This document shows, one piece after another, positions 9,238 to 17,859 of a stretch of 18,723 nt of DNA; within the stretch, counting starts at the first letter, position 1; every line of letters begins with the position of its first letter. Source of the DNA: Gemmatimonadota bacterium (GTDB lineage Bacteria; Gemmatimonadota; Gemmatimonadetes; Palauibacterales; Palauibacteraceae); NCBI GenBank assembly GCA_046758745.1, contig JBHIAV010000051.1:1-18723 (forward strand). The letters are read 5' to 3'. The notes below the pieces were generated by a model. It saw nothing but the letters and a program-made list of their open reading frames with translations. It was not told the origin of the DNA and made no database searches. The position numbers and the translations under genes are program-made.

Positions 9238-10527
9238 ATGGCACTGGAAGACGGGTTCACGAGACAGACTGCGGAGCTGGCGCAGAGCTGGGCCACGGAT
9301 CCCCGCTGGCAGGGGATCGAGCGCCCCTATTCGTCCGAAGCGGTGGTGCGCCTTCGCGGCTCGGTCCGCATCGAGCACACCCTGGGCCGCCTTGGCGCGG
9401 AGCGGCTGTGGAGACTCCTGAATCGGAAGGAGGGGGTCACCACGCTCGGGGCGCTCACCGGCGCGCAGGCCGTGCAGATGGTGCGGGCCGGCCTGGAGGC
9501 GCTCTACGTGAGCGGCTGGCAGGTGGCGGCCGACGCCAACCTGTCGGGGCACACGTATCCGGACCAGAGCCTGTATCCCTGTAACAGCGTGCCCGCCCTG
9601 GTCCGTCGGCTGAACAACGCGCTGCTCCGCGCCGACCAGATCGAGTGGAGCGAGGACCGGACCGGGCGCTCCTGGCTCGTCCCGATTCTCGCCGACGCCG
9701 AGGCCGGCTTCGGCGGCCCGATTCACGCCTTCGAGCTCATGAAGGCGATGATCGAGGCCGGAGCGGGCGGGGTTCACTTTGAGGATCAGCTCGCGGCGGA
9801 GAAGAAATGCGGTCACCTGGGCGGCAAGGTCCTGGTGCCGAGCTCGCAGTTCATCCGCGTGCTGAGCGCGGCGCGGCTCGCCTCGGACGTGCTCGGAGTG
9901 CCCACCGTCCTCGTGTCGCGAACCGATGCCCTGGCCGCGACCCTCCTCACCAGCGATGTGGATGAGCGGGACCGGGAATACCTCACCGGCGAGCGAACGC
10001 CGGAGGGCTACCATCGGGTCCGGGCGGGGCTGGAGCCGGCCATCGCCCGCAGCCTGACGTACGCGCCGCACGCCGATGTGCTGTGGTTTGAGACCTCACG
10101 ACCGGATCTTGAGGAGGCACGGCGGTTCGCCGAGGCGATCCAGGAGCGCTGTCCCGGCAAGCCTCTCGCCTACAACTGCTCGCCCTCCTTCAACTGGAAG
10201 CGGCATCTGGACGAGTGGGAGGTCGACCGGTTCCAGCGCGAGCTGGTGGCTATGGGCTACCGGTTCCTCTTCGTCACTCTCGCCGGCTGGCATCTTCTGA
10301 ACCTCCGAAGCTTCCAGCTGGCGCGGGAGTACGGAACCGAAGGGATGCCGGCGTACGTCCGGCTGCAGGAGGAGGAGTTCGGCCTGCAAGGGGAGGGCTA
10401 CACGGCCACGCGTCACCAGCGCGAGTCCGGAGCCGGGTACTTCGACCTGGTCGTACAGGCGGCGAGCGGCGGGAAGGCCTCGACGAAGGCGCTTGAAGGC
10501 TCCACCGAGGCCGAGCAGTTCCGCTGA
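9238..10527 (+). CDS. aceA: Isocitrate lyase
   Basis: Catalytic [39 protein letters not shown] and C-terminal STEAEQF. Lies 15 bp after aceB. Confidence 0.97.
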   Translation: MALEDGFTRQTAELAQSWATDPRWQGIERPYSSEAVVRLRGSVRIEHTLGRLGAERLWRLLNRKEGVTTLGALTGAQAVQMVRAGLEALYVSGWQVAADANLSGHTYPDQSLYPCNSVPALVRRLNNALLRADQIEWSEDRTGRSWLVPILADAEAGFGGPIHAFELMKAMIEAGAGGVHFEDQLAAEKKCGHLGGKVLVPSSQFIRVLSAARLASDVLGVPTVLVSRTDALAATLLTSDVDERDREYLTGERTPEGYHRVRAGLEPAIARSLTYAPHADVLWFETSRPDLEEARRFAEAIQERCPGKPLAYNCSPSFNWKRHLDEWEVDRFQRELVAMGYRFLFVTLAGWHLLNLRSFQLAREYGTEGMPAYVRLQEEEFGLQGEGYTATRHQRESGAGYFDLVVQAASGGKASTKALEGSTEAEQFR

Positions 10528-10866
10528 GCGGACCGGCCGGGCGGAGCCGCGGCCGGGGCGCGGCGATCCGGTCGACGAGGCATGGATGGTCTGCGAAGGC
10601 GGCGCGGTACAGCGGCGGCAGACGGACCGCATTCGCGCGGGCCCTTCGGTTCTCCGGCTGGACGTTCCATCGGGACCGGACGCCACGCTCGGTGGAGTGG
10701 GCGAGCTCTGCGTTCGGGCGGCCGCCGAAGCCGATGATCCCCGTCCTGACCGCGCGAGCTCCCCGGATGGGCCTGCGGGTCGGGCCAACTTGACCGGGGG
10801 TGCGGGGAAGCCGGAAGTTCCATTCTTCGCCACCATCCGTGTGCGTCCGGATCCCAGGAGCTTCAC

Positions 10867-12042
10867 ATGGCCGCCACGCGCAGCCTGCCCACCGCCCGCC
10901 GCACGCACGGCTTCACGGAGTCCGTGATCCGTGAGATGACCCGGGTGGCGAACGAGCACGGCGCGATCAACCTGGCGCAGGGATTCCCGGATTTCCCCTG
11001 CCCGGATGTGCTGAAGGAGGCGGCGATCCGCGCGATCGCCGACGACATCAACCAGTATGCGATCACCTGGGGCGCACCCCGCATCCGCAGCGCGCTCGCC
11101 CGGAAGTACGCCGAGTGGTACGGGATGGAGGTGGATCCAGAGCGGGAGATCACCATCACCTGCGGGGCCACCGAGGCGATGGCCTCCGCCCTGCTCGCCA
11201 TCGTGGATCCGGGCGACGAGGTGGTGATCTTCGAGCCCTTCTACGAGAACTACGGCCCAGACGCGATCCTGTGTGACGCGAAGCCGGTCTTCGTGCCCAT
11301 GCTCCCGGATGAGCCGCTCGACCTCGACCGCGCGGCGATCGCGTTCTCGCCTCGCACCCGGGCGATCGTGGTCAACACCCCGAACAACCCGACCGGGAAG
11401 GTATTGAGCCGCGTCGAGCTCGAGGGAATCGCCGAGCTGTGCCGGCGTCACGACGCCTGGGCGGTCACCGACGAGATCTACGAGCACATCCTGTACGAGG
11501 GGGAGCACATCCCGATCGCCACCCTTCCGGAGATGCGGGAGCGGACGATCACGATCAGCGGGGCCTCGAAGACGTTCAGCGTCACCGGGTGGCGGGTCGG
11601 GACGATCGTGGCGCCGGCCGGGGTGACCGACGCGATCCGCAAGGTGCACGACTTCGTCACCGTCGGATCTCCCGCTCCGCTGCAGGAGGGCGTGGCCGCG
11701 GCCATCGAGCAGCTCGGCCCGGAGTACTACGCGCGGCTCGCCGCCGACTACCGGGCGAGGCGCGACGTCCTGATGGGGGGCCTCCGGGCCGCGGGCTTCC
11801 GGTGTACCCCGCCCGGGGGCGCCTATTACGTGCTGGCCGACTTCTCCGGTCTGAGTGACCTGGATGACGCGGCCTTCTCGGAGTGGCTGACGCGCGAGGT
11901 AGGGGTGGCGCCGGTGCCGGGCTCGAGCTTCTTCAGCGTTCCGGAAGACGGGAGGATGCTGGTGCGCTTCGCCTTCTGCAAGACGGAGGCGCTGCTGCGG
12001 GAGGCATCGGAGCGGCTGGCCGGAATCCGGGCCGGGGCGTGA
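10867..12042 (+). CDS. PLP-dependent aminotransferase class I/II (YbdL / methionine-kynurenine aminotransferase-like)
   Basis: INLAQGFPDF, NTPNNPTG, TDEIYE, SKTFSVTGWRVG (PLP lysine) and VRFAFCK. CAGGAG RBS. Confidence 0.92.
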   Translation: MAATRSLPTARRTHGFTESVIREMTRVANEHGAINLAQGFPDFPCPDVLKEAAIRAIADDINQYAITWGAPRIRSALARKYAEWYGMEVDPEREITITCGATEAMASALLAIVDPGDEVVIFEPFYENYGPDAILCDAKPVFVPMLPDEPLDLDRAAIAFSPRTRAIVVNTPNNPTGKVLSRVELEGIAELCRRHDAWAVTDEIYEHILYEGEHIPIATLPEMRERTITISGASKTFSVTGWRVGTIVAPAGVTDAIRKVHDFVTVGSPAPLQEGVAAAIEQLGPEYYARLAADYRARRDVLMGGLRAAGFRCTPPGGAYYVLADFSGLSDLDDAAFSEWLTREVGVAPVPGSSFFSVPEDGRMLVRFAFCKTEALLREASERLAGIRAGA

Positions 12043-12152
12043 CATGCGCCTGATGTGGGACGACCTTCCTCACGCATGGTCGGCCTCGCGGCGGCAGCTC
12101 GCGACCACACGACGGCCTTGAGGTCCCGATGACCCCTGACGCGGAGTGTTCG

Positions 12153-12626
12153 ATGGGAAAGGCCACGTTCGCCGCCGGCTGCTTCTGGGGAGTGGAGGCG
12201 GCCTTTCGGAACCTGCCCGGGGTGCTCGCCACCCGCGTCGGATATACGGGCGGGAGCTTCGACCAGCCGACGTATCGCGATGTGTGCACAGGCCGAACGG
12301 GGCACGCGGAGGCTGTCGAGGTGACCTACGACCCGTCGCGGGTGAGCTACGAGGATCTGCTGGACGCCTTCTGGAAGCTGCACGATCCGACGACCCTGAA
12401 CCGCCAGGGGCCGGACGTCGGCCCGCAGTATCGCTCTGCCATCTTCCATCACTCGGCCGCGCAGGAGAAGGCCGCGAAAGCCTCCAGGGATCGGCTCCAG
12501 GCATCGCCCGCGTACCGGGCCCGGCGCATCGTGACCGAGATCGTGCCCGCCTCCACCTTCTGGCCGGCCGAGGAATACCACCAGCGATACCTGGAGAAGC
12601 GCGGCCTGGCGACCTGTCGGATCTGA
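12153..12626 (+). CDS. msrA: Peptide-methionine (S)-S-oxide reductase
   Basis: GCFWG active site, [29 protein letters not shown] and a C-terminal Cys. ATG 12153 follows GGAG; ATG 12129 is an alternative. Confidence 0.95.
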   Translation: MGKATFAAGCFWGVEAAFRNLPGVLATRVGYTGGSFDQPTYRDVCTGRTGHAEAVEVTYDPSRVSYEDLLDAFWKLHDPTTLNRQGPDVGPQYRSAIFHHSAAQEKAAKASRDRLQASPAYRARRIVTEIVPASTFWPAEEYHQRYLEKRGLATCRI

Positions 12627-12715
12627 GGCGGTCGGGCCGGGAGCTCGCGCCGGCTCATCTCCTCCTCCCGCAAGCGATCCTCCCCCTTGGCGGAACTCCT
12701 CCGGGTCTCTTCCCC

Positions 12716-12775
12716 TTGACATCCTTCGCAGTCGAGAGGATCATACATACGTATGAATAAAACGAACGTATGAAT
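12716..12775 (+). promoter_or_regulatory. Sigma70-type promoter with tandem palindromic operator for the adjacent TetR regulator
   Basis: TTGACA at 12716-12721, 17-bp spacer, GATCAT at 12739-12744. Perfect inverted repeat TCATAC-N4-GTATGA at 12741-12756 and a degenerate copy TAAAAC-N4-GTATGA at 12758-12773 overlapping the ATG. AT-rich patch in a GC-rich background. Confidence 0.75.
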
Positions 12776-13459
12776 CGGCGCGCGGAGGGCGGACGCGGGA
12801 GATCAGCGGGCTCTGCGGGCGGGGATGCCGAGGCCGAGGGAGAGGCTCGGGGAGCGGCGAGAGACACGGCGAGCCGCCTTCTCCGCGCGGCGCTGGAGCT
12901 CTTCGCCCGCCGGGGGTACGACGGGGCGTCACTTCGCTCCATCACGGCGCGAGCAGAGTCGAACCTGGGAGCCGTCGCCTACCACTACGGCTCCAAGTCG
13001 GGGCTGTATGAGGCGGTGGTGGCGTGGGTGGTGGGGCCGCTGCGCGAGGCGGCGACCCGGGCGGCCCACGCGCCGGGGCCGCCGCTCGAGCGGGTGGAGG
13101 GGATCGTGCGCGCGTTCTTCGCGCACCTCGAGCGGAGACCGGAGCTGCCGCAGCTCATGCTCCAGCGTCTGGCCGCCGGGCAGCCGATACCGAAGCCGGC
13201 CGCGGTCACCATTCAGCACAACCTCGGGATGCTGGTGTCGCTCATCCGCGAGGGCCAGAAGGACGGCACCATCCGGGAAGGGGATCCCGCGCTCATGGCG
13301 CTCAGCGTCGTAGCACAACCGCTCCATCTCAGCCTTGCCGGGGGTGCGATCGGCGAGGCCGGGATGGTCGATCCCACCGACCCCGAGAGCCGAAGGAAGG
13401 TGGTCGAGCACGCGGTCGCGTTCGTGCGAGCCGGTCTGGCAGCGGGGCGGACGGGATGA
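12770..13459 (+). CDS. TetR/AcrR family transcriptional regulator
   Basis: N-terminal HTH RLLRAALELFARRGYDGASLRSITARAESNLGAVAYHYGSKSGLY; C-terminal LIREGQKDGTIR. Confidence 0.92.
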   Translation: MNRRAEGGRGRSAGSAGGDAEAEGEARGAARDTASRLLRAALELFARRGYDGASLRSITARAESNLGAVAYHYGSKSGLYEAVVAWVVGPLREAATRAAHAPGPPLERVEGIVRAFFAHLERRPELPQLMLQRLAAGQPIPKPAAVTIQHNLGMLVSLIREGQKDGTIREGDPALMALSVVAQPLHLSLAGGAIGEAGMVDPTDPESRRKVVEHAVAFVRAGLAAGRTG

Positions 13460-13561
13460 AGAGCCCGAGCGAACGCGCCGGCCGTGAGGTTGCGCGGGGA
13501 GGCCGACATCAGCCATGGACTGGCCGGTCGGGCGTCGGGGCCGCTGGCCGTCGCCGCGCTC

Positions 13562-13590
13562 TTGTGAGGGCGCTCCGCCCCGCCTACGAT
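13562..13590 (+). promoter_or_regulatory. Sigma70-type promoter, probably giving a leaderless HD-protein mRNA
   Basis: TTGTGA (13562-13567), 17-bp spacer, TACGAT (13585-13590). ATG 13598 lies 7 nt downstream with no SD sequence. Confidence 0.45.
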
Positions 13591-13597
13591 GGGCTCG

Positions 13598-14446
13598 ATG
13601 AGCGAGCTACCGGCAACCGACCCACGGTCCGAGGTCTTTCGCGGCTCGATGGAGGAGCGGTTCGGAGTCCGCCACCGGATTTCCGTTCCCGCTCGGCGCA
13701 ACGGGATCCTCTCCACCCTCATCGATCGTGTCAACGACAGCGATGAGATCTACGCCCTGTGGGTGGGGCAGAACGTGAACGCGGTGGACCGACAGGCGAT
13801 GTCCGACCACGGTCCCGTTCACGTGCAGATCGTGGCGAACTCGGCCCTCCGTCTCCTTCGTCTGCTTCGGGACGGCGGCATCCAGCCTTCGGTGGTGCTG
13901 GACTACGGGCTCACCCCGGCGGACGCCGAGGTGGTGGTGGTTCTCGCGGCACTGTTTCATGACGTGGGCATGTCGATCCACCGGGATGGTCACGAGGCGT
14001 TCTCGCTCTTCGTAGCGCAACCGGTCCTCCGCTCCCTACTCTCCGAGGTGTACCCGCCGCCCAGCGACACCGTGATCCGGAACGAGATCTTGCATGCCAT
14101 CATCTCGCACCGGGGAGGCGGCCGCCCGCTCACCCTGGAGGCCGGGGTGCTGCGGATCGCCGATGCGCTGGACATGGCGAAGGGGCGCTCGCGCATCCCC
14201 TTCACGGCCGGCTCGATGAGCATTCACTCCGTGTCGGCCGCGTCCATCGATGCCGTGCACATCGAGAAAGGTGAAGCGACCCCGGTCCGCATCCGGATCC
14301 AGATGGCGAACTCCGCCGGCGTCTTCCAGGTGGACCAGCTTCTGCGCGACAAGCTGAAGGGTTCGGGTCTGGAGACGTATCTCCAGATCGTCGCGCAGAT
14401 CGAGGGCGAGACCGAGAAGCGGATCGTCGAGACCTTCCAGCTGTAG
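13598..14446 (+). CDS. HD-superfamily metal-dependent phosphohydrolase (COG3294-like)
   Basis: DHGPVH, LFHDVGM, HAIISH and IADALD motifs. Alternative ATG at 13589. Confidence 0.88.
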   Translation: MSELPATDPRSEVFRGSMEERFGVRHRISVPARRNGILSTLIDRVNDSDEIYALWVGQNVNAVDRQAMSDHGPVHVQIVANSALRLLRLLRDGGIQPSVVLDYGLTPADAEVVVVLAALFHDVGMSIHRDGHEAFSLFVAQPVLRSLLSEVYPPPSDTVIRNEILHAIISHRGGGRPLTLEAGVLRIADALDMAKGRSRIPFTAGSMSIHSVSAASIDAVHIEKGEATPVRIRIQMANSAGVFQVDQLLRDKLKGSGLETYLQIVAQIEGETEKRIVETFQL

Positions 14447-14468
14447 CCGTCCCCCGCTCACGGACGGC
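14446..14468 (+). terminator. GC hairpin directly after the HD gene, possible terminator (no U-tract)
   Basis: GCCGTCC (14446-14452) pairs with GGACGGC (14462-14468). Confidence 0.35.
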
Positions 14469-14494
14469 ATCGCCTCCGTCGATCCCGGATCGAC

Positions 14495-14523
14495 TTGACC
14501 ACCATATGTGGTATCCTTACCTT
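14495..14523 (+). promoter_or_regulatory. Sigma70-type promoter
   Basis: TTGACC (14495-14500), 17-bp spacer, TACCTT (14518-14523), in an AT-enriched patch. Confidence 0.7.
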
Positions 14524-14546
14524 GTAGATGCCCCAACATGTTGCGG
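14499..14546. promoter_or_regulatory. Tandem NrdR boxes
   Basis: CCACCATATGTGGTAT (14499-14514) and CCCCAACATGTTGCGG (14531-14546) resemble the NrdR consensus acaCwAtATaTwGtgt. They start 32 bp apart, the usual tandem NrdR spacing, and straddle the -10. Confidence 0.75.
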
Positions 14547-14550
14547 TCAT

Positions 14551-14633
14551 TGTGGACAACTCGGGTGCGATGCGTGGATTGGGGTGGAAAAGTCGTGCCG
14601 TCGTGTGCAGAGGCCGGGAAGGCCTGTGGAGAA
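14551..14633 (-). promoter_or_regulatory. Cluster of co-oriented DnaA-box-like 9-mers
   Basis: On the minus strand: TTGTCCACA (14551-14559), TTTTCCACC (14583-14591), CTCTGCACA (14604-14612) and TTCTCCACA (14625-14633), matching TTWTNCACA at 8, 8, 7 and 8 of 9. Start spacings are 32, 21 and 21 bp. Confidence 0.55.
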
Positions 14634-14761
14634 GTCGGGGGCGGCGACACGTCGTTCCAATTGGACGACAGGTTGAGGCAGCCCGGCAGGGTCGCAGTTC
14701 GAGTTTCGTCGGCACTGGGTAGCCGGCGGAAGGAGCGCAGCCGATCGTGAGGAGGACCGAG

Positions 14762-14962
14762 ATGGCCGAGGTCGGCGGGAGCGGCGAGGTCATCGTCGAG
14801 CGCGGGCGAATACTGAAACATCCTTCCCTCACGACGAAATGGCTTCGCGATGCGGTTTCGGCCGGCCGGTCGGCGTTCGAGCGCGAGATGCGTCGAGAGC
14901 GACGTGGCTTGGACGCCGAGTTCGACCGGTTCTGGAGAGAGAGGTCTGCCCGCCAGGCGTAG
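14762..14962 (+). CDS. Small hypothetical protein, 66 aa, Arg/Glu-rich, no recognised family
   Basis: AGGAGG (14750-14755) lies 6 nt before ATG 14762. Sequence MAEVGGSGEVIVERGRILKHPSLTTKWLRDAVSAGRSAFEREMRRERRGLDAEFDRFWRERSARQA. Promoter upstream and strong hairpin downstream. Confidence 0.7.
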   Translation: MAEVGGSGEVIVERGRILKHPSLTTKWLRDAVSAGRSAFEREMRRERRGLDAEFDRFWRERSARQA

Positions 14963-15039
14963 CGAAGGGAACCCAGCGAAGCGAAAGCACGAGGGGTAGG
15001 GCCGGTCGGCCGTAGCCGATCCGGAATCCCGGCGGGTGT

Positions 15040-15070
15040 GAGGCCCCGGGGCGCGAGGCCCCGGGGCCTC
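15040..15070 (+). terminator. Perfect 13-bp stem hairpin, probable terminator or 3' stabiliser of the small-ORF transcript
   Basis: GAGGCCCCGGGGC (15040-15052), loop GCGAG, GCCCCGGGGCCTC (15058-15070). No long U-tract. Confidence 0.55.
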
Positions 15071-15230
15071 TGCACAGGGACCCGGTGCGGGCCCCGGGGT
15101 GCGGTGCCGGCTCGCCGGGCCGCTCCGGACCGCGCGCGCAACCGAAGCCCGGCCCGCTTTCGGACTGGTTCGCCGTCATTCTCGCCGGTAGAATACCCGG
15201 TGGAAGGCCCGACTCTGGTGGGACTGCCGC

Positions 15231-15325
15231 CCCCGGGGGTTGGAAGCGGGGGGCTCCCGGCGGGTCGAAGCGGGGACCTTCGGCGTGGCCGAAGCGCAGG
15301 CCTATCGAGAGCCGAAGGCGGAGCC
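15231..15325. repeat. Degenerate 24-bp tandem repeat, about 4 units
   Basis: GAAGCG at 15243, 15267 and 15291 (period 24) and GAAGGCG at 15314. The first two units CCCCGGGGGTTGGAAGCGGGGGGC and TCCCGGCGGGTCGAAGCGGGGACC are clearly similar. Confidence 0.5.
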
Positions 15326-15342
15326 GCCGCCCCCGGACACCG

Positions 15343-16695
15343 ATGGAGAACTCCGGCGCGCGGCACATTGAAGCGAGAGCCTCTGACGGGTCGAGATCGA
15401 AGTACGTGACCAGCGACGATCCGAAGCGACGAGCCGCCGCCTCCGGGCGGTCCCACCCGGCAGCGGTATTCCGACCGCGCCGCAGGACGGTCACCGTGCG
15501 GGTCGGCGGCGTGGCCATCGGCTCCGATCACCCGATCGCCATCCAGTCGATGACAAACACCGACACGGCCGACGTCGACGCGACGGTCGCTCAAGCCGAG
15601 ACGCTCGCGGCGGCGGGAAGCGAGCTTGTCCGGGTAACGGTGAACACGGCCGCGGCCGCGGCCGCCGTCCCCACGATCGTCGGCCGGCTGCGGGCGCGCG
15701 GGGTGGAGGCGCCGATCATCGGCGACTTCCACTTCAACGGACACATCCTTCTTCCGCGCAACCCGCAATGCGCCTCGGCCCTGGACAAGTACCGGATCAA
15801 TCCCGGCAACGTGGGAAGCAGGCGGTGGGATGTGCACTTCGCAGCGATCATCGAGTGCGCGATCGAGCATGGGAAACCGGTTCGCATCGGCGTGAACTGG
15901 GGCTCGCTCGACCAGAAGCTGCTCACCCTCCTGATGGACGAGAACGGGCGGCGCCCCGAGCCGCGCGAGGCGCACGAGGTGACGCTGGAAGCGATGGTTG
16001 AGAGCGCCATGAGCTCGGCTCGCTTCGCCGAGGATGTGGGGCTTCCCCACGACGCGATCATCCTGAGCGCCAAGGTCTCCGGCGTTCGCGACCTGATCTC
16101 CGTGTACCGCGCTCTCGCCCCCCTGTGCGACTACCCGCTGCACCTCGGCCTGACTGAGGCGGGCATGGGCCGGAAGGGGACCGTGGCCAGCACGGCCGGC
16201 CTGGCGATCCTGCTCTCAGAAGGCATCGGAGACACGATCCGAGTTTCGCTCACCCCGCGCCCCGGGGAGGACCGAACGGAGGAGGTCCACATTGCCCGGC
16301 AGATCCTCCAATCGCTCAGCCTGCGCAGCTTCACGCCCCAGGTCACCGCGTGCCCCGGTTGTGGCCGCACCACCAGCACCTTCTTTCAGGAGATGGCGGA
16401 GGAGATCGAGGGCTACCTCGACCGCCACATTCCGGAGTGGCGCGCACGCTATCCCGGGGTCGAGGAGCTGACCGTCGCCGTGATGGGGTGCGTGGTCAAC
16501 GGGCCGGGCGAATCCCGCCACGCCGACATTGGGATCTCGCTTCCGGGCACGTTCGAGGAACCGAGCGCGCCGGTGTACGTGGACGGCGAGCACCGGGTCA
16601 CGTTGCGTGGCGATGGAATCGTCGAAGACTTCATCGAGATGCTCGAGCGATACGTCCGCGAGCGCTTCGGCTCGGGTGTCGGGGCAGCGAGCTAG
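15343..16695 (+). CDS. ispG: (E)-4-hydroxy-3-methylbut-2-enyl-diphosphate synthase
   Basis: [42 protein letters not shown], and Fe-S ligands ACPGCGRT and [10 protein letters not shown]. Start uncertain (ATG 15343 or GTG 15406). Confidence 0.95.
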   Translation: MENSGARHIEARASDGSRSKYVTSDDPKRRAAASGRSHPAAVFRPRRRTVTVRVGGVAIGSDHPIAIQSMTNTDTADVDATVAQAETLAAAGSELVRVTVNTAAAAAAVPTIVGRLRARGVEAPIIGDFHFNGHILLPRNPQCASALDKYRINPGNVGSRRWDVHFAAIIECAIEHGKPVRIGVNWGSLDQKLLTLLMDENGRRPEPREAHEVTLEAMVESAMSSARFAEDVGLPHDAIILSAKVSGVRDLISVYRALAPLCDYPLHLGLTEAGMGRKGTVASTAGLAILLSEGIGDTIRVSLTPRPGEDRTEEVHIARQILQSLSLRSFTPQVTACPGCGRTTSTFFQEMAEEIEGYLDRHIPEWRARYPGVEELTVAVMGCVVNGPGESRHADIGISLPGTFEEPSAPVYVDGEHRVTLRGDGIVEDFIEMLERYVRERFGSGVGAAS

Positions 16696-16873
16696 AGGCG
16701 AACCGCGCAACTCCGCCTTCGAAGGCTCGTTCGACCGTACGGCGGGCACCGGCCGACCGGACCCTCCAGCAGGAAGACCGCGGTAACGTGGGGCAGGAAG
16801 GGGTCGGGAAGGGCCAGGCGCCGGCATCCGGCAAAGAGCCGTTCCGCCTTGCGCTGCCCGTCCGGGAGGGGCA

Positions 16874-17737
16874 TCAGGGGCTTCCCCGCAGCCGCACCCC
16901 GCGCCGGAAACGGAGACGTCGAAGAGCGCGAGCGATCTGACGCAGCTCCTCCGGCCAGCCGAGGCGCCTGCCGTCCAGCCGGTGGACGCGCTCCATCCCT
17001 CGCACGGCGTTGGTCAGGAACACGCCCTCCGCCCGCGACAGTTCCGAGGGGGGAAAGTGGCCCTCCTCGACACGCAGGCCGGCCTCGCGGGCGACCTCGA
17101 GGACGAGGGAGCGGGTCACCCCGGGGTACAGCGGAAGCGCGGCCGACGGCGTCCGGAGCGTGCCGTCTGCAAGCCAGAAGAGGTTGGCGGCCGAGGCCTC
17201 GGTCAGCCGGCCGTCATCGAGGCGGAGGATTTCGTGCACCCCTCGCTCCGCCGCCGCGCGCGCGGCGAGAACGGCCGATAGGGCGCTGCAGCTCTTCACG
17301 CCGGGAATCGCCGGTCCGGGAAGGCGGAGGTCGGGCGCGGCAGTCGCGACGCTCAGACGACGTGCCGGCGGCGGGGCCGATAGCTCCACGAAAGCCCGGC
17401 TTCCTTCCGCCTCCGATCGGCCGTAGCCCCGTTCCGAGACGCCAGCGCTCACCTGCGCCCGCACCACGACCGCGCGCCGTTGCTCGATATCGAGGCAAGC
17501 GAGCACTTGGAGGAAGCGGTCCACCCCCGACAGCTCGGGCGGCACGGCGAGGCCGAGCGTCTCGCAGCCCAAAGCCAGCCGCGCAAGCTGTGCGGGCGCG
17601 TCGAGAAGTCGCCCTGATCGCCATGAGAGGGTCGCGAAGACGCCGTCGCCATACCGGAACGACCGGTCCCTCACCGAGACTTTCGCGTCGCGGGCCGCCC
17701 GCACCTCCCCCGCCACCCACACGAGGTCGCGGCTCAT
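16874..17737 (-). CDS. Aminotransferase class IV (PabC aminodeoxychorismate lyase / IlvE-like)
   Basis: DRSFRYGDGVF, GVKS (PLP lysine), LTEASAANLF, LYPGVTR and EGVFLTNAVRG. Confidence 0.88.
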   Translation of the reverse strand: MSRDLVWVAGEVRAARDAKVSVRDRSFRYGDGVFATLSWRSGRLLDAPAQLARLALGCETLGLAVPPELSGVDRFLQVLACLDIEQRRAVVVRAQVSAGVSERGYGRSEAEGSRAFVELSAPPPARRLSVATAAPDLRLPGPAIPGVKSCSALSAVLAARAAAERGVHEILRLDDGRLTEASAANLFWLADGTLRTPSAALPLYPGVTRSLVLEVAREAGLRVEEGHFPPSELSRAEGVFLTNAVRGMERVHRLDGRRLGWPEELRQIARALRRLRFRRGVRLRGSP

Positions 17738-17859
17738 CGACCCCTCTCCCGCGACGGGGGACGAGCGGCGTCTCCTCCCTTGTCGGTCGGCCGGGCAGAG
17801 CGCAAGTTACAGAATGGGAGGCTGCTACTCGCCACTCGGATGCACCGGGAGGGAGCTAC

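Noticed and set aside
10528-10866. Coding or ncRNA content between aceA and the aminotransferase
   Set aside because: The ORFs here have no recognisable motifs and overlap neighbouring genes. Only generic GC hairpins are present, and the TTGACC at 10790 has no properly spaced -10.
10867-12626. Methionine salvage/repair module (aminotransferase plus msrA)
   Set aside because: The aminotransferase substrate cannot be assigned from sequence, and adjacency alone is insufficient.
12634-12715. Cuckoo-like sRNA (CCTCCTCCC at 12661-12669 plus other CCTCC tracts)
   Set aside because: There is only one full motif and it is not in a hairpin loop. It is better explained as a pyrimidine-rich tract after the msrA hairpin.
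15202-15290. tRNA-Sec, SRP RNA, or FMN/cobalamin riboswitch
   Set aside because: It begins GGAAG...CTGGTG like selC but has no TCA anticodon loop or TTCGA T-loop. It lacks the SRP CAGG..GNAA..AGCAG motif and the conserved riboswitch cores.
78-16143. Long antisense or alternate-frame ORFs (e.g. 78-1154, 1197-2606, 4428-6002, 7300-8796, 10096-12045, 14458-16143)
   Set aside because: These are shadows of real genes in GC-rich DNA, with Arg/Pro/Gly-rich translations and no family motifs.
16849-17859. N-terminal part of the 466-aa ORF 16849-18249
   Set aside because: It is antisense to the class IV aminotransferase. The real gene starts at ATG 17860 with an RBS and signal peptide.
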